DNA from: Chiloscyllium plagiosum
Taxonomy: Eukaryota
Direction of reading: 5' to 3'
Assembly (NCBI RefSeq): GCF_004010195.1
Contig: NC_057718.1
Coordinates: forward strand, 84,479,446 to 84,543,445
DNA length: 64,000 bases
A model generated the notes under the pieces. The model was not told the origin of the DNA. It ran no database searches and saw nothing but the letters and a program-made list of their open reading frames with translations. Both the position numbers and the translations under genes were made by a program. Of the stretch, positions 38,959 to 50,854 are shown piece after piece; within the stretch, counting starts at the first letter, position 1; the number at the start of each line of letters is the position of its first letter.

Positions 38959-41900
38959 CAGAGATGGGGAACCTCTGGCCCAGGGGCTAAATTCAGCCCA
39001 TTGCTTTAATTAATCCAGCCTTTGGCAAGATCCTGGGGAAACTGGTGCATTGAATCACAGGGAGCAGCTTGAGAGTGCAGGACTCACTGCCAAGAAAACA
39101 GAGTGAAAGCACTTGAATTGAATTGAATTGAATTATTGTCACATGTACTCAAATGAGTACAGTGAAAAGTTTATAAGTCACCAATAACAGTGCCATCTTA
39201 GGCACAAGGTACCTAGGTACAGATTTTTCAGTACAAGATCTTGGGGAAAAAAACAATTAGAAAAATAAAAATGTTAGAAGTCCAGCATTGCAGATCATAG
39301 GAATAAGGTTAAAAAATAGAGAAATAACAAGTTCAGAACAATAGTCCTTCCAACCCAGTTCACACTGACACTTCGTCTCCAGTCTGCACAGAGCCTTGAC
39401 TCTAGACTGCTGCGCTTCACATAGAGGATCTCCAGACTGAGAGATTGCTCTGGACTCACCTTGGAAGTTCATGCCGGGCCGAAAGATCATCATGGGCCCC
39501 TGAAAGACAATCACGCTGGGCTGATAGACCGCCACCACCCCCAAAAGACCGCCACACCTCGCTGAGAGACTGCCATGCCGGGCCAAGGAAGGAGTTGGAA
39601 ATTGCAGGAACCATATGTAAAGATGTACATCAGTGGAGCACAGTGAGAAAGCCTGGGACCCACTGACAGACAAACAGCAGGAGACAACAGTGGAGAACCA
39701 CCAGCAGAGCTCTGTATCGAATGCACAATGTAGGATGAACACAAGATGGCTCCTGTGAGTAAAGTGAGAAGGGTAGTTGCAGATTGTGGGGTGTTTAATG
39801 AAAAATAGGCAAGCAGCATTTCTTTGTGGAGGTGAAATGCAAGCCCTGAGCCTGATCTGTGGAGGAAATATTTCTACCACATTAAAAAACCAACATGGAA
39901 TGACATTAGAATACAAAGGTTCAACAAATGTGAAGAAATAAAACAAGAACACTTAGAAAGAATTTGGACAGGCAGCATGCAAAATTCACAAGGTATGGGT
40001 TACTCAAGCCAGTTAAGTGTTGAGTGAACTCATTGCAGAAAAAAAGACCTCATTCGAAGGGTGAGTTTCTAAAGGTGTGAATCATTGAGATCCTGGAGGA
40101 GAGATTTCTTCACTCAGAGAATGGTGAGTCTGTGGAATTCTCTGCCACGGAAAGCAGTTAAAGACAAAACATAGAACAGTTTTTGAGAATATGCTAGATA
40201 TAATTACAAGAGCTAAAGGGTCAAAGGATATGGGGTCAAAGTGGGAACAGGGTATTAAGTTGGATGATCAGCCATGATCGTATCGAATGGTGGAGCAGGC
40301 TCAAAGGGTGCTCTGTTTTTGTTTCAATGTTGAGACCATAGTTTTATTGGTTCCAGAGAAGCTTACATTATTTCAGAGTGCATACTTGTCTCCAGGATCG
40401 TGTTAGAGTGGATAGTGATTAAGGACTTTAAAGCCTCCTAAAGATTCTGCGGGTGATTTCAAATTCCAATCTCTGGCTATTAATGAGATAACAGACATAA
40501 TAAGTGCAGGCCATCTGTAATTGTGGTGCATAGAATCACAGCAGATTTTGAGAGCTAGAGAGGATTTACTTTCTTTAGCATCAATGCATGACACCACCAA
40601 AGGGGAAGATATTTTTGAAAAGGTTACATCAGCAGTGCACAGGTTTCAGTTATCATTTGACAAACCTAATTGTCCTAGTATTTGCTGTGGTGTTCAAGAC
40701 ATGCTTGGATCTCAAAGGGGGTTACTCACTCTCATCGAGAAAGAAATGGATCACCTCAAACATGATCTGAGTTATTTGATTGGATGCCGCTGCTTCATTC
40801 ATTAAGAGAATCTGCCCACAGCCCCAGAGTCGGATCAATGTAATGTTGAAAGTAGCATCAAACATAATCTTTATTAAAAATAATTCTTTAAACAGCTATA
40901 AGTTTCAAGTGTTACTGAATGACCTAGATTTTCTTTACTATTGTAAAGTGAGGAATGCTGATCGGGATTTATGAATAGAGGAACAAAGTGAAAATTGTCA
41001 CGGAGAGGAAGGCAATACCTATGGTTGAACTGAACAATCCTAAGAGGATCAATGTCTTGACATTCAAAGTCACCTTTATGCAGTATCCGTTTGCAGAGTC
41101 AATGCCAAACTGCAAAGGCTTTAAAAGCTACTTTTTTGTCTTTCATGTTTGAAATCCTTTGAAGCCAAATTAAAGTTGTGGCAAACATGTGGAAAAGAGA
41201 ATTCATCTCTTTAGGGATAATAGTGGCTCAGTGATTAGCACGGCTGTTCTCACAGTGCCAGGGACCTGGGTTCGATTCCACTCTCAGGTGACTGCCTGTG
41301 TGGAGTTTGCACATTTTCCCTGTGTCTGCGTGAGATTCCTCTGGATGGTCTGGTTTCCTCCCACAGTCCAAAGATGTGCAGGTTGGGTGGATTGGCCATG
41401 CTAAATTGCCCTGTAGAGACTTGGTAGATTAGCCATGGAAAATGCAGGGTTACAGTGCTAGGGTAGGGAATTGGATCTGGGTGGGATGCTCTTTGGACGA
41501 TTGCAGTAGACTTGATGGGCCAAGTGGCCTGCTTCCACACTGTAGAGATTCTATAATCTCGAACAACAGAGGAATATCCTAGGGAATGTGCAAATTTGCT
41601 TCAGAAATGTGAATTCAAACATGGAAACATGGAAGAATTTTAATTATATATTTTTACCACAAAAGTCAATATTGAAGCTGCTGATTTATCCGAAAACCTT
41701 CAACCTGATGTCATAGAACTGCAAATAAACAGCAGACTGAAGGTCAAATAGAGTAATCTGCCTTTGTTGGAATTTATAGATTTTACGTAGGTGCCATTGA
41801 CTTTCTGAACTTGAGGAGACTTTCACTGTAAACTGTAATCCTGTTCAACACTACCTATGGCTGTTACCAGATCTTTTTAAAAAACCTTTGCTGACAATGA

Positions 41901-42100
41901 ACTTCGCTTTCCAGATTAATAGATGAGGATTGGGAACAATAGTTTTGAGTAGCAGCATCTTCATTGCCAATAGATATGGGAAGACTCACTAAGGCAAAGC
42001 AAACTCAGTCATCGCATTAAAACAGTGGGCGAGTTCAATGCTTTAGTTTTCTCTCAAAAATTAAATTAAACTGCTTTCTTTTCTGTTCAGCCCCTGACAG
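38959..42100 (+). mobile_element. hAT DNA transposon relic (GTF2IRD2/SPIN/OC1-like transposase pseudogene) with nested insertions
   Basis: TIR-like CAGAGATGGGGAACCTCTGGCCC; EDLLSLASMHDTTKGEDIFEKV and CRCFIH motifs; nested LINE-tail element at about 39113-39700, CR1 at about 40095-40330 and HE1 SINE at 41213-41557. Confidence 0.75.
41213..41557 (+). mobile_element. HE1 SINE (source copy of the duplication)
   Basis: HE1 head, core and GATTCTAT tail. Confidence 0.85.
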
Positions 42101-42690
42101 ATAATGTAAATATGTTATTAGCATTAAATACCAGACCTAATTTCTTCCACCAACCCTAAACGTTGTATCACTCTCCTTGGCTCCCTTGTCCCATGCCCAC
42201 ATGTCAACTTGACCCCTACTTAACTGGCATCTTATCCCTCACACTTGTCTTATACCTTTGGACAGCAGTATTTGAAGTGGCTGTCTGTGATTCTGGACTT
42301 TGATAATCCCAGAATACAGCAGCTAACTGCTGTGGAAAGGTGGTGTAGTTTACCTTCCTTTTGACCATTCTGCCCTGTCAGAATGGAAATATGACTCCAC
42401 ACTTCTGAAGGAGCTCTAGTCGGAATCTCGCGGGTGGAACGCTTTCGTCTTGTTTAAAATGAACCTGCGGGAGATTGCCATTTGTTGGAAAATCCGGCCC
42501 AATATTTCCTCTTCGGTGGAAGAGCACCACTGTTAAGATAGCCCATATATTATTCATTAGGAATTCAGGAGAAACTTCTTTACCAAAGAGTGGTGAGAAC
42601 TTGATGTAACAAGGGGCTAATGCACTGAATAGAACAGATACATTTTAGGGGAAAGTAAACAAGCACTTGAATGAAGGAAAAGGGAATAGG

Positions 42691-43276
42691 TGAATAGAGG
42701 AACAAAGTGAAAATTGTCACGGAGAGGAAGGCAATACCTATGGTTGAACTGAACAATCCTAAGAGGATCAATGTCTTGACATTCAAAGTCACCTTTATGC
42801 AGTATCTGTTTGCAGAGTCAATGCCAAACTGCAAAGGCTTTAAAAGCTACTTTTTTGTCTTTCATGTTTGAAATCCTTTGAAGCCAAATTAAAGTTGTGG
42901 CAAACATGTGGAAAAGAGAATTCATCTCTTTAGGGATAATAGTGGCTCAGTGATTAGCACGGCTGTTCTCACAGTGCCAGGGACCTGGGTTCGATTCCAC
43001 TCTCAGGTGACTGCCTGTGTGGAGTTTGCACATTTTCCCTGTGTCTGCATGAGATTCCTCTGGATGGTCTGGTTTCCTCCCACAGTCCAAAGATGTGCAG
43101 GTTGGGTGGATTGGCCATGCTAAATTGCCCTGTAGAGACTTGGTAGATTTGCCATGGAAAATGCAGGGTTACAGTGCTAGGGTAGGGAGTTGGATCTGGG
43201 TGGGATGCTCTTTGGACGATTGCAGTAGACTTGATGGGCCAAGTGGCCTGCTTCCACACTGTAGAGATTCTATAAT
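42691..43276 (+). repeat. 586-bp near-identical direct copy of 40972-41557
   Basis: Constant 1719-bp offset; I see 4 substitutions; contains hAT sequence plus the whole HE1 SINE. Confidence 0.95.
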
Positions 43277-43399
43277 GATAGTGTAATGATGAGTGTAATG
43301 GTAGATCTAGATGAGAAAAGATGGGAGGAAACTCAAATGAAGCATAACCAGCAGTAGGACCAGTTTAGCTAAATGTTTTGTTGTCGTATCATATGTCTG

Positions 43400-45025
43400 T
43401 CAGTGCTTCTCAAACGTCTTTCCATATGAGACCCAGCTGGAGAATTGAAAGTTATTAGGACCCTTAGTCTGAGATGTGACAGCAGTTGGGGGCAGGGGAT
43501 TCAGTGTGTGAGCAGATGCTGGCATTATATAACATACAATCGCTCGCTCACTCTCTTTCTTTCACACACTTGTTCACGCAGTCACTCTCCATAAATTCTC
43601 ACTTCTTCACACTCTCTCACTGTCTACACATTATTGCATTCATTCTCAGCTAGCCATACTCACTTTCTCACACTCTTTCTCAATCTTTGTCACTCAGTCT
43701 CACACTAATTCTCTCACATTCACACACACAGACACGTACTCATTCATTTGCTGTTTGTCACAGATGCAGTTTTTTTTAGATTAGATTACATTAGATTACA
43801 TTACAGTGTGGAAACAGGCCCTTCGGCCCAACATGTCCACACTGACCCGCCGAAGCGCAACCCACCCATACCCCTACATTTACCCCTTACCTAACACTAC
43901 GGGCAATTTAGCATGGCCAATTCACCTGACCTGCACATCTTTGGACTGTGGGAGGAAACTGGAGCACCCGGAGGAAACCCACGCAGACACGGGGAGAATG
44001 TGCAAACTCCACACAATCAGTCGCCTAAGGCAGCAGTGCTAACCACTGTGCCACCGTGCCGCCCAGTTGTTCTCTCTCACTCTCATTTACTAACTCAGAC
44101 ACTATCTCATCCTCTGCCATATGCACTCACTCAGTCTCACACTCCCTCTCTGTCACATTTATTTTCATTCTCTCTCTCACTCACATTTGCAGGGACAAGG
44201 AGTCATTTGTAGTCAGCCTGCAATCAATGGGTTTGTGAGGTGGGCTTTGAAAGAACTATCTGCAGCCACAATAAACTCACTGGTCAGAGCAGGTTCCTTT
44301 ACTCTCTGACAGAACCCAAAAGAAAGGAGGAACATCACCAATTCTGGTGTGTCCTAATGGGCCAATGATTGTTATTATAGAGTCATACAGCACAGAAACA
44401 GAACCTTCAGTCCAACCAGCCTGCATTTGGCCCATATCCCTCCAAACATTTCTTTTTCATGTATTTATCTAAATGTCTTTCAAACATTGTAACTATACCT
44501 GCATCCATCACTTCCACTGAAAGTTCATTCTACATGTCTTGTTTTAAATTTTTCTCCTCTCACCTTAAAGATACACTCCCCATTATTGTTGAATTCCCCA
44601 ACACTAGGGAAAAGACCCTTGACATTCACCTTATTTATAGTCCTCATGATTTTATGAACCTCAATAAGTTCACCCCTCAACCTCCTATGCTCCTGTGAAT
44701 CAAGGTCTCAGCCTCTCCTTATAAAACCTCAAACCCTCCATTCCTGGCAACATCCTGGTAAATCTTTTCTGAAGCCTCTCTAGCTTAATAATATCCTTCC
44801 TAAAACAGGGCGACATGAAGGTCTTCTCCAGATCGACTGTTTTAGTTCCTGATTGTCGTGATTGACGGAGAACTTGGCCATTGAGCCTGTGCCCAGAGTT
44901 AAGCATTTCAGGAAATGCTCTGTTGTACTCCCTAGTTACCATTACAGAGTTGTGAGTCAAGATCCCCCCACATTTCATCAGCCAACCCCGGTAGGAGTTG
45001 CGACCCACAGTTTGGGAAACCTTCT
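43400..45025. mobile_element. Non-autonomous hAT/Charlie-like element with nested HE1 SINE and CR1
   Basis: CAGTGCTTCTCAAAC at the left end and GCGACCCACAGTTTGGGAAAC at the right end; CT/CA-rich interior; CR1 at about 44378-44815 (minus). Confidence 0.5.
43778..44064 (-). mobile_element. Young HE1 SINE
   Basis: (TTAGA/TTACA)n tail; CpG-intact HE1 body ending GTGCCACCGTGCCGCCC. Confidence 0.9.
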
Positions 45026-47207
45026 TTTGTAACCAGAAAATGGAAGGAAAAGGATGCAGAATTGCAGTTTTCAAGGACAGAGAGATCAAGTTTGGGAAAA
45101 GGGTGATGCTGGAAAATTTGAAGGAGTGTGGCATAGTATCCAAAGAGAAGGAACTGCTAATGATATCAGTTAATATTAGAGGTAGATTTATGCTCCCAGC
45201 TAATGCTATTACCAGACAAATCAGATCCCAGACTGAAATCTGGCTTGATAAATAAAAATAAAACAAAATATATTCTAATGAAGTAGTCTTTCACTGAAAA
45301 ACAAACATGTAGATTTGGTTTTAACAATAAAATAGAAGTTTATTATGCAAAACAAATGAAATAAAGTAGAATGAACAAAATTATTTTCATAACACACAAT
45401 GTGAAATATTTCAAAACACAATAAAATACAATCCTATCTATACCAACAGCATACCTTTATAGTATTCAAACATTAGAGTTTGCTTCCCTGTTACATCTAC
45501 AGGTTTATCTTAACTGTTTCTTTCAACTCCTGGTCCTGAGAAGTTGATAGCCTCTTCCATCATTAGTGACAACTGAGCTCAGCATATGCCTTCTGTTGCA
45601 CCTTTCCTTGTCATAGATTCCCAGAATTGTTCTGCTGAAGCAAGTAATTTGGCCCATCATGTCTGCGCCTGTCCTCTTTGTACATCCATACAGAGCTCCC
45701 TGCAGTGGCTGCAGCATGGATAAAGTGAGGCTATTGACCTTATGAGGGACACAACCAAAGGTCTTACAGGGCACCTACAAGTGGTTTTGGCTGAATTGTG
45801 GACTGCACTGTCTCAACATGGATGACAACAATCTGAGCAGCTGTGAGAGGCTAAGTGCACAGTTGGTATGAGGCAGCATTTACAGCTATAACTCCCTGTT
45901 AAGAGGTCAAAGTTGTTGTTAATTGATGCAAGCTGACCTTGTGATTTTGTAAGCTAGCTTAGATGTACAGTTACTTATTAACAAACTTGGCAATGGTTGC
46001 ATGTGAGGATCATTTTCACTGCAGCAAGCAACAGAAAGTTTGCATTGCCTGAATTAGAAGCAACAAGTCATTGTACATTGCAATTCCTGTTCTCAATCCA
46101 TATCCAATTTTACCGCCTGGTCTGTATTTATGTAGCAGGGTTTTACAATCTGTAGTTTTCATTGCAAAGGTTTTGTACAGTTTGTGGCAATCCCAACTGA
46201 AATTTGCCAGATTCCCCAAGATTGGAACAGCTGAAGTGAAAGCCACTACCTTGTTTTAGGGAATAGCGAATAAACATTTGAAATAGTTAATGAAAGGAGA
46301 AAGCATGACAGTAGAATTAATTTCGGACAGCTCACCCCAAAGTGCCATTTCAATGATCATCAAAATGATTCAGTAAAAAGCAAAGCATTGAGCAATAAGT
46401 GGATTTAATCACCCAATTAATCATACCAAATCAACCTAAGAGAACGGGTAATAGCAAGGTCCGGAATCATAAACGCAGTCTCCCTGCATCTGAAATAATC
46501 AGACACCAGGGGGATATTGAATCATTTTGTTCTAAACTGCATCTCCCATCAGTACACCAGAGACTAGTCTAATCTTACTAAATAGAATTATAAATATAGC
46601 ACCTTACTTTGCTGATGAATCAAATGTTTCTCAGCAAAATATTAATGTCTTCAAGCAAACTATCTTTTTCAGGAAACCGCTGACAAAATTAGGAATTTTG
46701 CTTGAACATCTTCACTCATGTAGTCCGAGATTAAATTAAGTTCCAAACACCTTGACAAATTCTCCACTTGATTTAGGCTGTGCCTATTGATAAAATTCAC
46801 GTGTGCGTTAAATGGAACTGGCACAAACGGGTTTGACTTTAAGCTTGCAAATAAAAGCAGAATACTGCAGATGCTGCAAACTTGAAATGGCCACAATGAA
46901 CACTGGAGAAACTTAATAAGCCTGTCAACATCTGTGAGTGAGAAACAGAGTTAACATTTTGTGTCTGTTGTGAATCTACTTCGGAACTGAAGAGCAGAAC
47001 ATGAGGAAGGGGGAGGGGAAAAGGTAGTGGGGGAGTGTTGTAGATGGGAAGGAAGGGGTTGGGGAGAGGGAGTTCAAAAGAGGTGGCATGGGAGAAGGAG
47101 AGGGAGAGGGTGTAGGTTGTGGGGGTGGGGCTGTTGATCATGTCACCCCCGTCACTGTTATCCTCCCACCACCGTCCCCATCACCACATACCCTCTCTGC
47201 TCTTACC

Positions 47208-47914
47208 TGTTACGACACTGGGTAAACCCTCCTGCTTAATTTAAAACCAGCAACACCGAAAAGATTTATCCCTTGCAGTAATTTGTAAAAATTCAAGTGG
47301 CCAAGGACTATTTACGTAAAATTAACAACTTTATTTCTTAAAGTGTAACAGAGAATAATTAACTAACCACTATTTACAATTTCTTTCTCTAACCTATCTT
47401 CTACAATACTAATCCAATAAAATTCCCAATTAAGATTTACAAAACAACACTGCTTATCTCAAAACCAGGCAGCTGTAGGTTCTTGTCTTCGGATCTTCCT
47501 ATGTCTTCTTTTCCCTTTGTTAGGAATTTCTGCACTACAGTTTACTGATTGAAAAGGTACTTTTAAGAGAGATGTTTTCTTCATGCAGTCTGGTACATGC
47601 TAGGATTGGAAGTTCTCCTCTCAACTGTTCAATTTTCTCCCGGTCTTACACCCAACAGCAACGGAGTATGTAATTGGCTTTTACTATTGTCAATATACTC
47701 AATTCAAAGTTGTTTGGAAATTGGCATTTTTTTCAGGGTATAATTTAAACTGATTGGCTGAATTCGAATTTGTTTTTGTCTCTAGGCAACAAACTACTTG
47801 AGTTGTTCAACCCAGTGTTACATACATTGTTGCCTTATTGAGAACATTTGGTGCTGTGTCCTGTAGTTCTGCTGCTTTTAACTCTCTTAAAGGTACACCC
47901 ACATCTTCATAACA
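47208..47914 (-). mobile_element. Solo LTR (about 707 bp)
   Basis: Inverted termini TGTTACGA...TCATAACA; TTTATT near 47330; interrupts C-rich low-complexity sequence; TSD not clean. Confidence 0.65.
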
Positions 47915-47924
47915 CCTGTCCACC

Positions 47925-48210
47925 CCTGTCCTCACTCCACCCATCCTCATTACCCTCCCTCCGTCCTCACTACACTGTTTACTAACTCACTGTCATTACT
48001 ATCACCAATCCTCACTCCCCTGTTCTCAATTCCCCACATCTCAACACACCCTGGCCTCACACCCACAGTCTTCACTAACCCCATCCTCACTCCCACAGTC
48101 CTCACTAACCCCATCCTCACTTCCACAAAACTCACTAACCCCATCCTCACTCCCATAGCTCTCATTAACCCATCCTTACTCCTCCAACCTCACTAACCCC
48201 TACCTTCACA
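47925..48210. repeat. C-rich minisatellite with a 30-bp unit
   Basis: CTCACTAACCCCATCCTCACTCCCACAGTC repeated, best conserved at 48071-48180. Confidence 0.8.
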
Positions 48211-50198
48211 TCCTCATTCTCAAACTATCCCTTCTCTCTTTCCCATTTTGCTATGTAAGACAAAAAAAACTTAAAGAATCCTAAGACAGGAAAAGATCTA
48301 GATCTACCTAATTAATTACTGAATCAAAGAACAACTAATGTTCTAGAAACAACACTGTTCATCTTTGCTAAAACCAAATAATTGAGAGACAACTCAACAC
48401 ACCCTTTCAGATTTACAGACATGGTGTTCCCTGTTTATATTTTTCCATAACATTTGTAGCTACTGCCTGCCTTTAGTCTGTCTGATTTGTGAATGCATGT
48501 ATTTGTATTTGGGGTTTTAAAGGGGTATAGTTTAAGTTGCACAGCAGTAGATTAGTAATTCTTTATTTTCCTCTGCCATTTGTTAAATAATATGTGTTTA
48601 CAATAAATAGTTTTTTTCTAGTTAATGATGAAACCTGGTGTGAATTGCTTTTGTCCTGAGTAGCAATCAATTAGACAAATTGATCAGCTTAATGGTTTAG
48701 GAGCAAATTAATGGTTTAATTGGGCACTTATACAGTACCTGTATGATGGCTCATGGATAAGTAGAGCTCATTTATGGGCACACTTCCAAGTTCAATCGAC
48801 CTGTGCGTTCACCAATTTAACCTCAGAGGGCGATTTAGTCCAGCTGTGCTATTTATCATGTTTGTTTTTTAGTTTGTAGTTGGTGATATTAGCCTAAACA
48901 AGTTACTCAGAGAATAGGCAAAACAGGTAGTCAAGTTCCTATCAAGGTCACGCCATATGGACTTTTCAAGTGACAAACAGTTGACTTTGCTTGATGCTCA
49001 ACGTAGCTTTCAATTTCAATTCATTAGGGCAATATTTAGAATTACATAGCAACTCCTACCTAGAGAGTTTGCCTCTTGCCTACACCCTTTGATCTAAAAT
49101 TAGAAATGTACTTGTACATATATTCTTCTCTATGAAACATATTTAGCTATTGAGAAACTGCTCAGTGAAACAAAGAACTTACATGGTGCCTGAGAGCATG
49201 CTTACAATGTTGCACAGATGTTCACAACTGAAAACTTGCTTTGCAGTAACTGCTTTCTATTCAAACAAAGCAGGCAATTTGCACACAAGGTGCTGCAAAT
49301 AGAAACACGAGGGCAGTGACTAGATAATCTACTTTTTGCGGTTTGGTTTGAGGGATGAAGTAGGTGCAAGGATCCAGACTCTAATTGTTAGCTTGCTCTC
49401 TCTTCATGGGTGCTGTCTGACTGCGGTGATTTCCAGCATTTGTTGTTTTTCAGTGCAGATTCCAGCATCTGCAGTAATTTGCTCCTCCAGAACTACTTCT
49501 TTTCCTCAATCTCAATCAGGACCATGAATGCCTTCCATCTACGCAAAACCCGCATTTGGGACTGGTTTAGCATCTCCTTTAATGCGACACACTGTAAAAC
49601 CTGTTGAAAATAGCTGCAGGCGATGTGTAAAAACAGTAATAAAACAGAAGAAATACTTGAATCAAAACAAAATGCTGTGGATGCTGGAAATCTGAAACAC
49701 AGAAAGCTGGAAAAGCTCAACATCTGTGCATAGAGATAAACCAAATTAATGTTTTCAGTTCGGTCTGATTCTTCTTCAGAACTGCAGTTGGAAGTATTTA
49801 ACAGGGCAAGGTTCATCCATGGAGTTTCAGGCCGTTGACTTTGTGTCAGAACTGGACAACACTACAGGTTTAGCTGGTTTTAAGTAAGTGAACGGGGAGG
49901 GGAGGAAAGAAAGAAAAAACTGGTCTGTTGAAAGATGGAAAGTGATTAAATGATAAAAAGTTTGATGACCCATTTTTATGCTATTGCAATGCACAAGTAA
50001 GCAAGCACAAATTGGATTTAGAGAAAATAGAAATTGCAGAATCAGAAACATTACCACTCCGATGTCCGAGAAAGACTGGAGCATTTTTATAACACTATGA
50101 TTAGCCTGGAGGTTATAAACTGCAGAAGTAAGATGTTGCTCCTTGAGCTTTTAAATTGTCCCTCTCTCTCTCAGCAACTCTACTGTCTCTCAGCTCAG

Positions 50199-50777
50199 GA
50201 GAAAGTGAGGACTGCAGTTGCTGGAGATCAGAGTCGAGTGTGTGGTGCTGGCAAAGCACAGCATGTCAGGCAGCATCTGAGGAGCAGGCGAGTCGACATT
50301 TTGGGCGTAAGCACTTCATCAGGAATGAGACTTGTGCGCCAAGGGGGCTGAGAGATAAATGGGGGGGTGTGTTGCGGGGGAAGGTAGCTAAGGTGGATGA
50401 AGGTGGGGGTGAAGGTGATAGGTAGGAGAGGAGGGTGGAACGGATAGGTGGGAAGGAAGATAGACACGCGTTCTTCCTCCAGGCGGAGGGTGGTAAGGGT
50501 TTGGTGATGGAGGAGGCCCAGGACTGGCCCCTGTCCAAGGCCCCAAAGGAACCTTCCACATCCATCAGAGATTTACCTGCACTTCCACACTTCATTTACT
50601 ATATCTGTTGCTCCTGATGTGGTCTTCTCTACATTGAGGAGACAGGACGCCTACTTGTGGAACGCTTCAGAGAACATCTCCAGGACACCCGCACCGACCA
50701 ACTCCGTAGCCCTGTGGCTGAACACTTTAACTCCCCCTCCCACTCCTGGGCTTTCTCCATCGCCAAATCCTTTCCAC
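50199..50777. mobile_element. PLE insertion with internal inversion and 16-bp TSD
   Basis: TSD CTGTCTCTCAGCTCAG at 50183-50198 and 50778-50793; minus-strand terminus with degenerate hammerhead, then + strand GLLYIEETGRLLVERFREHLQD...PVAEHFNSPSHS. Confidence 0.85.
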
Positions 50778-50854
50778 CTGTCTCTCAGCTCAGACAGCTT
50801 GTTAGATATCTAGCACTGGACAAGCAGAAGCATCCTGCAACTAAAACCTGAATA

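Noticed and set aside
39257..39952. 231-aa ORF as a gene
   Set aside because: Antisense to the hAT relic and crosses a nested insertion; no protein-like motifs.
45970..46700. Additional minus-strand exon candidates near 45975-46020, 46113-46250 and 46607-46680
   Set aside because: In-frame stops or incompatible phases and weak splice sites; not distinguishable from chance.
47950..48165. Repetitive VGVRMGL peptide as a structural protein
   Set aside because: Translation of a 30-bp minisatellite with no splice or gene context.
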